Shown: piece by piece, positions 48,155-56,406 of the stretch | Numbering within the stretch: position 1 is the first letter of the stretch | How the letters are laid out: each line of letters opens with the position of its first letter | From: Paracoccaceae bacterium | GTDB lineage: Bacteria > Pseudomonadota > Alphaproteobacteria > Rhodobacterales > Rhodobacteraceae | DNA: 64,000 bases | Direction of reading: 5' to 3' | Assembly (NCBI GenBank): GCA_963664045.2 | Contig: CAXXGT010000007.1 | Location: 170,826-234,825, forward strand | Notes under the pieces: model-generated | What the model was told of the DNA's origin: nothing | Databases searched by the model: none | Seen by the model: only the letters and a program-made list of their open reading frames with translations | Position numbers and translations under genes: made by a program

Positions 48155-48414
48155 TGTAGCAACCTGCAATCATAATCGCTTCGGCTTGCAATCATCGCGA
48201 TTCTCGGCCCGAATTAAGTGCGTCTATCGATGGGGTCAAACCCGGATTATTTGCGAATGAACCCGAATTATCTGCAACCAGCCTGCAATCATCGGTCTGA
48301 ACCCACTTTATCTGCGAACATATCGCCGCGGGACGAGCCACGCCCACGCACGGCTCTGTTTTTGCCAGATTTCCTGCAGGTGCGGCAGGGACAGGGATCT
48401 TTCCGTTTCGCGTG

Positions 48415-49389
48415 TCATATCGGCAATCCCGCCTTGCGCAGGAGGGTGGAGAGTTCATCGGTTCTCTCGGCATCCAGCTTTCCCTTGAGGAAGCGACGGA
48501 TTTCGGGCAGGCGAGCATCGGTGAGATCGGCCAGTGCCTTGGGGCTGTATCCGACCCGGGCCAGACGGGCGTCGAGATCGTCAAGGCCGGCCGAGATGGT
48601 CTCTTCCACGATCCCGCGCGTGACCTGATCCGCACCCATCCGGTATGCATCCGTAAAGGCCCTGTCCAGGTGTTCGGTATATTGCAGGGGCGTGGAAAGA
48701 CGTTCCGCCAGGTACTCCTGTGCGGCATCTTCGAAGACATCCGACGGTTCAACGCCGTCTTCGAGGCACTGCCCCAGGATCCAGGACATGAACTCGCGAC
48801 GCTCGTCGCCGATGCTGTTGAATTCGAACTTTGACGTTCGGTGGCCGATTTCTTCCATGGTCGCACGGCGCAGGTCGTTCTGGAGGCGCGGATGTCCAAC
48901 AAGGACGATGGACAGGGAGTTGCCTCCGGCACTGATGACTTCCCGCAGCCGCTTCAACCCGTTCAGCGTATTGAAGTTCAGGTCATGGGCCTCGTCTATG
49001 AAGAGCGCAATCGGTTTGCGGGCCTTGCGCACCGCTACCTGAAGCAGCCGTTCCCGGCGTTCGGACTGGGTCGGCAGTTTCATCTCCGGCTTTCTCGAGA
49101 TGTCGAGAAACAGCGCGGTGACCAGGGCAGGCAGTGTGACGCGGTGCTTCTCCACCGAGAGGCTGCGCGCCACGATGATTTTCCTTTCCGCCCTGATCTG
49201 GTCCTGAAGGCGGCTGACCATCATCGTCTTGCCGACACCGACCGGCCCCGAAATGGCGATCAGGTGACCGTGAATGATCGCGCTGATCACGTCTTCCCGG
49301 AATTGGGCCAGGCGCTCGGTCTCGTAATACCCGGCCTGGCTCCATGGCTTCTCGATGTGAAAGTGCTTCATGACCTGTCTGCTGAGCAT
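48415..49389 (-). CDS. TniB/TnsC-like AAA+ transposition ATPase
   Basis: 324 aa with Walker A GPVGVGKT and Walker B LFIDEAH. Confidence 0.85.
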   Translation of the reverse strand: MLSRQVMKHFHIEKPWSQAGYYETERLAQFREDVISAIIHGHLIAISGPVGVGKTMMVSRLQDQIRAERKIIVARSLSVEKHRVTLPALVTALFLDISRKPEMKLPTQSERRERLLQVAVRKARKPIALFIDEAHDLNFNTLNGLKRLREVISAGGNSLSIVLVGHPRLQNDLRRATMEEIGHRTSKFEFNSIGDERREFMSWILGQCLEDGVEPSDVFEDAAQEYLAERLSTPLQYTEHLDRAFTDAYRMGADQVTRGIVEETISAGLDDLDARLARVGYSPKALADLTDARLPEIRRFLKGKLDAERTDELSTLLRKAGLPI

Positions 49390-49407
49390 CCGACCTGCCT
49401 CTTCGTC

Positions 49408-51063
49408 TTATTGTCCGCGCTGAAAGCGCTGCTTGATTGCGGTCTCGATTTCGACCTTGTTCAGTGTCCGGCCAACCAGGTCGCCCACGAAGGCGCGATC
49501 ATCCGGAGAGAGTTCGGCGAGGGGCCGGTCCAGCTGATAGGAGATCGCCCTGCGCGCGCTGAGCTCGTTTTCGTAGGCAATCTGCCCCCATGGGTCAGGA
49601 TCGCTGAACTTGACCCTGGGCAGTGGCACAACCTCGGCCTGGGGTGCATCCAGATCGAATCCGCCAACTGCCGTGCGCGGCAGGCTGATCACCTCAGCCA
49701 GCCTGGCCACGGATTCGGCGCGTTTTTCGCGCAGGGATTTCTTGCGCTTTCGGTACCGGTGCAGCGGGATCGGACCGCCGTGCGGACGATAGGGGCCATA
49801 ACGCCTGTCATTCCATTCCACGAACAGTTCGTGATCGAACAGGCCCCACCACAGCAGCACTTCCTCACCGGCGAGATTGCTGTCGACTTCATAGTATGTT
49901 CCGTCGATCGACACCCGCGCATCCGAGGCCACTGTCCGGCGCTCGGGTTCGCGGGCAAAGGCACAGAAGCGTTCCCAGGAACACATCTCGCGGATGCCGG
50001 AGTCCGGGAGGTTGGCCACCCAATCCTCGATCCGGCTATGCGGTTCGCGGCGATGAGGCTTGTCGTTGTACTTGTTGATGAAGTTCGTCAGCCAGAGATT
50101 GGCCTCCGCCTCGGTTGCCGGTTCATGGAAATGGTAAAGCGTTTCATGGGCTTCCTTCACGCTCCGGAAAGGTCTCTCCACCTTTCCCTTCGAACGGGCC
50201 GTGACACGGTTGCCATCCGATCCCGCCGGCATATGCGTCTTCCATTCGACCCCGAGCCGCTCCATCACGGTCTGAAACACGAGGCTCTTCGCGACAGGAC
50301 CATTGTCGAGATAGATCAACTCGGGAATGCCCTGGAACGCGGTGTCCTCCTTGGGCGCCATGGCGTTGAACAGAAAGCGCAATGCACTCTCCGCGTCCTC
50401 GCCATAGACACAGCGATATTCCTGCCAGGATACGCCGGAACGGTCATCGACGACGCTGTAGAGCATCATCATGGGCTGACCGCGCCTGGGATCCACCCAC
50501 GCCGGTTGCGCAATGTGCTTGAGGTCCGATGGGCTGATGTCGAATTGCCAGCAGGCGTTCGACTGTTGGGCCTCGAACCGGGTGACCGGCGTGGCCCGCG
50601 TCATGCGGGGATGGTCAAAACCCCAGTCCTTCAGCCACCGATTTACGGTCGAGCGTTTCAACAGGCCCGGCGAGGGCTGCACATGGCCATCCGGCGTCCG
50701 GACACCGTGCTCTTCAAGAAGCTCGATGGCCCGGTTGGTCGAAAGATGCCGCCCTTTCCTGTTGCTCGTCCGGATCTTCAGGGCCGCGATGATTTCGCAA
50801 TACATAACCAGGTCACGTTCCGGGATGCCGCGCGGCTTCCCCCGGTCCGCCCGTTTCAGCCCCTTCGGCTGATGCAGAGACTTCAGGGAACGATAGATTG
50901 TGGACGGGCTGACGCTGAAGAACGCCGCGGTCCGGCCGACTTCCTCCCGTCGCGTTGCAGAGCGGGGAGGCAACCCCGCCAGTCGGGTCTTGAGCGCGAG
51001 CAACGTCTCGGCCGGAATGCGGATGCCTCTATTTGCCATCGGAGAATTCGTTGACATAGGCAT
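49408..51063 (-). CDS. TniA/TnsB/Mu-type DDE transposase
   Basis: 551 aa with an rve-type core (WQFDISPSD...VVDDRSG...YLDNGPV...KGKVERPFRSVKE). The start may be the internal MANRG. Confidence 0.88.
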   Translation of the reverse strand: MPMSTNSPMANRGIRIPAETLLALKTRLAGLPPRSATRREEVGRTAAFFSVSPSTIYRSLKSLHQPKGLKRADRGKPRGIPERDLVMYCEIIAALKIRTSNRKGRHLSTNRAIELLEEHGVRTPDGHVQPSPGLLKRSTVNRWLKDWGFDHPRMTRATPVTRFEAQQSNACWQFDISPSDLKHIAQPAWVDPRRGQPMMMLYSVVDDRSGVSWQEYRCVYGEDAESALRFLFNAMAPKEDTAFQGIPELIYLDNGPVAKSLVFQTVMERLGVEWKTHMPAGSDGNRVTARSKGKVERPFRSVKEAHETLYHFHEPATEAEANLWLTNFINKYNDKPHRREPHSRIEDWVANLPDSGIREMCSWERFCAFAREPERRTVASDARVSIDGTYYEVDSNLAGEEVLLWWGLFDHELFVEWNDRRYGPYRPHGGPIPLHRYRKRKKSLREKRAESVARLAEVISLPRTAVGGFDLDAPQAEVVPLPRVKFSDPDPWGQIAYENELSARRAISYQLDRPLAELSPDDRAFVGDLVGRTLNKVEIETAIKQRFQRGQ

Positions 51064-51592
51064 AAAGCGTGGCGCGTGAGATACCCATCAGGTTGCAGAT
51101 CTCCGGCACCGTATGCTTGCGTGACCGGTAGAGTTCCACGGCATGGGCGCGCCGCTTGTAGGTCAGAACCTTCTTTCGGCCACCCTTTCGGCCACGTGCC
51201 CGTGCGGCATTCAATCCGGCCTGAGTCCGCTCGCTGATCAGGTTGCGCTCGAACTGGGCAAGGGCGCCGAACACGTGAAAGATCAGCTGACCGCCACTCG
51301 ACGTGGTGTCGATGGATTCATGAAGGCTCTTCAGCCCGACACCCATTTCCTTCAGCGCTTCGGCGCGGGAGATGAGATCCTTCAGGGATCGTCCCAGCCG
51401 GTCCAGCCGCCATACGACCAGCGTGTCGCCATCGCGCAAGTGTTCCAGGGCGCGGTTCAGGCCGGGGCGCTCGGTCCTGGCGCCGCCGACCTTGTCCTCG
51501 AAAATCCGCTCACACCCGGCAGACTTCAGTGCGTCATGCTGCAGGTCCGGGTTCTGTTCTCCCTTTGAAACACGTGCGTAGCCAATGAGCAT
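51029..51592 (-). CDS. serine recombinase (resolvase)
   Basis: MLIGYARVSKGEQNPDLQ...LVVWRLDRLGRS...GALAQFERNLISERT and a C-terminal HTH. The ORF is open to 51634. Confidence 0.88.
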   Translation of the reverse strand: MLIGYARVSKGEQNPDLQHDALKSAGCERIFEDKVGGARTERPGLNRALEHLRDGDTLVVWRLDRLGRSLKDLISRAEALKEMGVGLKSLHESIDTTSSGGQLIFHVFGALAQFERNLISERTQAGLNAARARGRKGGRKKVLTYKRRAHAVELYRSRKHTVPEICNLMGISRATLYAYVNEFSDGK

Positions 51593-51906
51593 GCGAGAAC
51601 CGTCTGAAAACTCGAAAGCGAAGCACGAACCCATACGATGTTTTCCAGACGCGGTAAACAGACGGAAAAACGCTGAAAATTCAGTTCCAACAAACCGATA
51701 AGCCTAATGTCAGGCAAACGTTCGTTTCCCATACACCCTTGTTCGCAGATAAAGTGGGTTCATCCCGATGATTGCAGGCTGGTTGCAGATAATTCGGGTT
51801 CGTTCGCAAATAATCCGGGTTTCATCCCATCGATAGACGCAAATAATTCGGGCCGGAAATCGCGGATGATTGCAGGTCGAAGCGACTATGTTTGCAGGTC
51901 ACTACA

Positions 51907-52203
51907 CCTAATCTCTGTCAAAATTTTGCGAAAGACCAAATGTCGGTCCAAGAGTACCTTCCATTCTTTTGCTCGGTTCAACCTTTGTATTTCCTCAATA
52001 ACTGCAATCGCTCTTGAAAGTTTCTGCACCGTGTCGACGTAACGGACTCTTTCCAGAGTCTGTTTGGCAGCAGTTTCTGCTCGGTCTGCAGCTATTTTCG
52101 ATTCTCTCACATTTTTGATCGTGATCCCAAACCCGACCAAAGCGATGAGAACGCTCAACACACTTGCTATATCACCAACCGCACTCAGAGGTAGAAAATT
52201 CAA
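51907..52203 (-). pseudogene. TM/coiled-coil protein, 5' part (interrupted by transposon)
   Basis: MNFLPLSAVGDIASVLSVLIALVGFGITI... The frame runs into the transposon end and stops at 51886. Confidence 0.7.
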
Positions 52204-52404
52204 ATATGTTACTCTCTATTTGCCAGTCAAATTTGCTAAATCCGCTAGCACGGTGAAGCGAGCTTGGCCACCTTGCTTCGTGGTGCGTCCGATTCGAATG
52301 CACGGCAGTATGGCACGTCCGCCTCCCGAATCGGCGCCAACGTTTCGATTCCCGTGTAACATATGCACCAACAAAAAGAGATCCGATGTCGTAATTTGGC
52401 CATT

Positions 52405-52452
52405 TGGCGCCAATGTTTCGACTCGGTGTGCCGAACATTTCGACTCGCTACA
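52405..52452 (-). repeat. IS630-like end remnant (two tandem half-copies)
   Basis: ccaatgtttcgactcgg and ccgaacatttcgactcgctaca. The reverse complement TGTAGCGAGTCGAAATGTTCGG resembles the end at 47313. Confidence 0.35.
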
Positions 52453-52642
52453 TCCGCACGCTGCCGGAAGAACTGATTCGGCATCTGGAGGAACTTTCCC
52501 GGGGCCCCGGGATGCTGGCCGAGCCGTGGGTCGATTCTGGTAGTTCCCGTCATTCAGGCAGATCGACGCAGGATTCCCGTCTTATCCTCGATAGCGGGGC
52601 ACTTGCGACGACTTTTCACGCGCCCATCTCATGGCGTTGAGT

Positions 52643-53629
52643 TCAATTCCCGGCCTTCTCCAGGCGGGTGAGGATAGCGCGGCTTTCATCCGAGACCTGT
52701 CCGGCGTCGAGCATCTTTTTCAGACGCGCGCCCTGGCGCTTCATGACGATCTGCCACATCGCGCGTCCTCGACTGTCCCGGATTGACGGATCGACCCCGG
52801 CGTCCAGCAACAGCTTTACGGATTGCATCGAGTCTGCAGGATTCCGGCCACCGCTCCAGGCAAGAACATGTAACGGCGTCCATCGCCGTTCGCTGGTGAT
52901 CGCGTGGGGGATGGCACCATGTTGCAAAAGCAGCCGGATGACGTCCGGATCGCCCTTGTAGGCCGCCATATGCAATGAGGACCAGTTTTCGTGCCTTGAT
53001 CCCAGGTTCGGATCTGCACCGTGCTCCAGCAGGACGCGCACGATTTCGGGACTCTCGCTCTGCCGAATTGCCTCCATGAGCGGGGTGAACTCCTCGCGGA
53101 CGACGACCCTCTCTCCATCCAGACTCCGGTCTTTCAGTGCAAGGATCACGCTCTTGGGGCGGCCGAATTGCTGTCTTGTCGTGAGGACCCTCTGGTTCGG
53201 GTCTGCGCCGTGTTCCAGCATTGCCCTGACCATGGCCACAGTGGTTTCCGGTTTGCGAAGACGCGACGGATTCCGCCAAAGGAGGGGCCACCTGGTGCCG
53301 ATTGCGAAGTGGAGAGGAGTTTCTCCGAGCTTCCACCTGGCGTTGGGGTCGGCACCGGCCTTGAGGATGGCACGGGTTGCATGCGCTTCGGGGGCCTCCT
53401 GGAAATGGACGAGAGCCACCTGGTGGAGTAATGTCAGTCCCGTGACGTCGGATTCCAGGGCAATGGCCGGATCCTGTTCAAGGCATCGGATGACATCACC
53501 AGGGCTGGCGGCGGACAGCGCGGTTTTCTTCCAGGCCCGACAATCTTCGGCAAGCTCATTCGCATTGGGCGATGCACCCATCAATGTCACGGCAATCAAA
53601 AGCGCAATTCTGCCAATCATTCCTGTCAA
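52643..53629 (-). CDS. secreted ankyrin-repeat protein
   Basis: 328 aa with signal peptide MIGRIALLIAVTLMGASPNA and several ANK motifs (TPLHFAI, GADPN, SSLHMAAYKGDPDVIRLLLQHGA). Confidence 0.85.
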   Translation of the reverse strand: MTGMIGRIALLIAVTLMGASPNANELAEDCRAWKKTALSAASPGDVIRCLEQDPAIALESDVTGLTLLHQVALVHFQEAPEAHATRAILKAGADPNARWKLGETPLHFAIGTRWPLLWRNPSRLRKPETTVAMVRAMLEHGADPNQRVLTTRQQFGRPKSVILALKDRSLDGERVVVREEFTPLMEAIRQSESPEIVRVLLEHGADPNLGSRHENWSSLHMAAYKGDPDVIRLLLQHGAIPHAITSERRWTPLHVLAWSGGRNPADSMQSVKLLLDAGVDPSIRDSRGRAMWQIVMKRQGARLKKMLDAGQVSDESRAILTRLEKAGN

Positions 53630-53940
53630 TCCTCTTCCTAAACCTCGGCCGCGGGCTTGCGACCACCCCTGCGGGGACGTCGAACACGACCCGGTGGGAC
53701 CGGCTCCTGTCCGTGTTCCGCAAAATCACGGCAAATGGTCGAACGGGCGAAACCCGCCGCTGTCGACGCCAGTGTCACACCACCCCACGGCCAGGGGGAA
53801 ACGTTCGGGACGCGCCAGACAACCGGAGACTCTTCTCACCCGGGTGCCGCGACCGGGCCTGGAGACGACACCAGATGGTCTCGATCGTATCCATGCCCCA
53901 AGTGAATCATGCTTCGATTCCAGGGGGAATTCCCCGATGA

Positions 53941-54375
53941 TCAAACGACTCGCCTGTTTCGAGGCGAGCCCTTGGTCGCAAAGCTCGTCCATCCACCAGT
54001 ATGGTCCCAATGGATGGCTTCTTTTTCTCCGGGCAACCCGGCGTGCCACGAGTCGCAGGACGTCGTGGGCAGATCAATCACCAAAATCCCCGGCTTCATA
54101 TTGACCGATCCATCAATCATCGAGGACTTCGACTCCCGGTCGACATGTTTGCGAAATCGGGTTTCGGTGCCGCATGGCAAGATGGTGACCTGGGTGTCCC
54201 GCAGGTATTCATCACGGATAATTCGGCGGATGGCTTCACTGGATAGGGTGTCGTCAATATCTCCGAGCTCGACTGACCCATCTTCAAAGGCCCAGTGAAC
54301 CTCGGCGAGGCAGGCCGGATGTTCCCGGTATTGCCGATCATTGTCGTGGTGGCAGCTTGCAAAGGCTTTGGTCAT
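53941..54375 (-). CDS. TIR-like (DUF1863/ThsB-like) domain protein
   Basis: 144 aa. FASCHHDNDRQY...ILPCGTETRFRKHVDRE...GILVIDLP matches the DUF1863 TIR-like pattern. The C-terminus looks atypical. Confidence 0.65.
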   Translation of the reverse strand: MTKAFASCHHDNDRQYREHPACLAEVHWAFEDGSVELGDIDDTLSSEAIRRIIRDEYLRDTQVTILPCGTETRFRKHVDRESKSSMIDGSVNMKPGILVIDLPTTSCDSWHAGLPGEKEAIHWDHTGGWTSFATKGSPRNRRVV

Positions 54376-54799
54376 GTCCTGTCTCCCGAGGGCAAACTGC
54401 CATCCGAATTGATGTTCCGAACAAGAAGGTACCCGGCACCATTACCGACACGGCAATCCAGTGAGCCACCGAATTCCAATGATTTGAAACATCCGGTATT
54501 CCGTCATCCCCAATGGCTTCGGCGGCTTTCTCGAGCACAGAGGCATTGGCCCTGATGCCACCACCAATCCGGATCATCACGAATCCCGTGATGAGCAAGG
54601 ATGCCACCAGCGCACCGTAAGCGGGTAAACTGCGACGTCCGTTGATTTTGCCCGGTTTCGGGTATCGTTTGGCTGCTGTGCCCGATGCTGCGGCCCTGGC
54701 ATTCCCCGATTTTCCGCTGCCGTGCCGATTTTCCGTTTGACATGATAGGGCGCCGGGCCTATTTCCGGTGCGGTAAAACGAATCATCGGGGGATCGGCC

Positions 54800-55465
54800 A
54801 TGGGCGCATGGTTCGGATCGAAGGCGACATCGGGGCTGTGCCAGCCGCTCATTGCGGCCATGCCTCCTCATTCTGTGTATATCGAATCATTTCTGGGGGG
54901 CGGTGCGATCATGAAGCGCAAGCCGCCTGCGCTGCGCAACATCGGCATCGACCGCAACTGGCGTGCGATCGCGCGTTTCAGCTGTGATTATCCGGTCGAG
55001 CTTCACCACGGCTGCGCCCACGCGTTCCTGTCCGGCTTCGACTTCCAGGGCGACGAACTGGTCTACGCTGATCCGCCCTACGTGCAGTCGGTGCGGCGCT
55101 CGCAGCGCCGCTACCGTTACGACTACGACGACGGCGACCATGTGGAGCTGATCCGTCTTCTGCGTTCACTGCCGGCCCAGGTGATGATCTCCGGTTATCC
55201 GAGCCGGCTCTACGACGAACACCTGTCCGACTGGCGCTCGATCGCGCTTCAGGTCAACAACCAGTCCTGCGTGGTCACCGAGAAGCTGTGGTTCAACTTC
55301 GAACCGGACCGGGTCCACTGGGCGCGCTTCGCCGGGCGCAACTTCACCCATCGCCAGACGGTGAAGCGCAAGGCGGCGAGCTGGGGGCGGCGCTACGCGG
55401 CGATGCCCCGGTCCGAGCGCCTGGCGGTCCTGGCGGCGATCATGGCTGTGGAGGCGGAGGAATGA
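54800..55465 (+). CDS. Dam-like (D12 class) N6-adenine DNA methyltransferase carried inside the IS66-family element
   Basis: 221 aa with FLGGGA and YADPPY motifs. Its stop overlaps the tnpC start (ATGA). Confidence 0.8.
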   Translation: MGAWFGSKATSGLCQPLIAAMPPHSVYIESFLGGGAIMKRKPPALRNIGIDRNWRAIARFSCDYPVELHHGCAHAFLSGFDFQGDELVYADPPYVQSVRRSQRRYRYDYDDGDHVELIRLLRSLPAQVMISGYPSRLYDEHLSDWRSIALQVNNQSCVVTEKLWFNFEPDRVHWARFAGRNFTHRQTVKRKAASWGRRYAAMPRSERLAVLAAIMAVEAEE

Positions 55466-56406
55466 GCGGGATCGACCCTCACGACCCGGAGGTGGTTCGC
55501 CGGCGGCTCGACGGGCTCCGCTCGGAGTTCGCGGGGCTGGGCTCGGGCGGTGGTCTTCTACGGGGTGCCGCGGCCCTGTTCAGGGAGTTGTTCGGGCTCG
55601 CCGGGACGCTGTCGGCGCTCGTCGGGTCACTGCAGGACAGGCTCACCGAGGAAGTGGCGAAGAACAGTGCACTTCGCGACCAGCTGGCCCGCTACGAGCG
55701 CCAGCAGTACGGCCGGCGCTCGGAGAAGCGCCGCAACTCCGGCGCCTCCTCCGATGGCGCCTCCTCCGACGGGGCCGCATCGCCGGACGCCGGGGAGGAT
55801 GAGCCCGAAGCCGAAAGGAAAGGCGAGGCCGAAAAGAAAGCCGAAAAGAAGCCCCGGGGCGGCGTCAACGGGCGCAAGAAGGATCGTGGCGATGCCGTCA
55901 ACGGCACCGGGCTGCGCTTCGGCCCCGAGGCGACGGTGATCGACATCGACGTGATGCCGCCGGAGATCGAGGGGCTGGCGGCGGACGAGTTCGAGCTCAT
56001 CTCCGAGCGGGTGTGCTGCAAGCTGGCATCGGTGCCGATCCGCCACGTGGTGCTGCGTTACCATTACAAGAAGGCGAAGATCAGATCCTCCGGCGCCCTG
56101 GTCTGCGCCCCGGCCGTCGAGGGCGTGTTCAAGAGCTCCTGCGCCGATGTGAGCTTTATCGCCGGAATGCTGGTCGACAAGTTCGCCTGGCATCTCCCCC
56201 TCTACCGCCAGCACCAGATGCTGGCAGAGAGCGGGATCACCGTCAGCCGCAAGTCCCTGAGTGGCTGGGCCAACCGGGCGATCTCGCTGCTGGAGCCGGT
56301 GTTCGAGGCCCAGTGCCGCTCGGTTCTGGAAAGTTCCGTCATCGTCATGGACGAGACGCCGGTGCGGGCCGGGCGCGACCCGGACAGGCCGGGCAAGATG
56401 AAACAA
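55462..56406 (+). CDS. tnpC: IS66-family transposase TnpC, 5' exon
   Basis: ..ERQQYGRRSEK...PLYRQHQMLAESGITVSRKSLSGW...VIVMDETPVRAGR...GKMKQ, then interrupted by a group II intron. Confidence 0.8.

Larger units (their letters stand above)
48155..51906 (-). mobile_element. minimal Tn552/Tn5053-like transposon (resolvase, TniA-like transposase, TniB-like ATPase)
   Basis: Terminal inverted repeats of about 166 bp (48155-48320 and 51740-51906) with internal repeated motifs. Ends are TGTAG...CTACA. Flanked by the direct repeat CCTAAT. Confidence 0.85.

Noticed and set aside
48192-48932. 246-aa minus-strand ORF and plus-strand ORFs overlapping tniB and the transposon end, considered as a possible missing tniQ.
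   Set aside because: It is out of frame with and overlaps the well-supported TniB ORF, its composition is Ser/Pro/Arg-rich, and it has no TniQ-like zinc-ribbon motif.
52330-52460. Reiterated AA[CT][GA]TTTCGA[CT]TC motifs read as operator sites upstream of the 52203 gene.
   Set aside because: They were reinterpreted as IS630-like end remnants, because the same sequence precedes an IS630-type transposase fragment at 47313 and occurs as a solo copy at 45201. A regulatory role is not excluded.
39345-54375. The SIR2 protein plus the TIR-like protein as a Thoeris system.
   Set aside because: The genes are 11 kb apart on either side of several mobile elements. The SIR2 protein is 1265 aa with no recognisable ThsA-like SLOG region.
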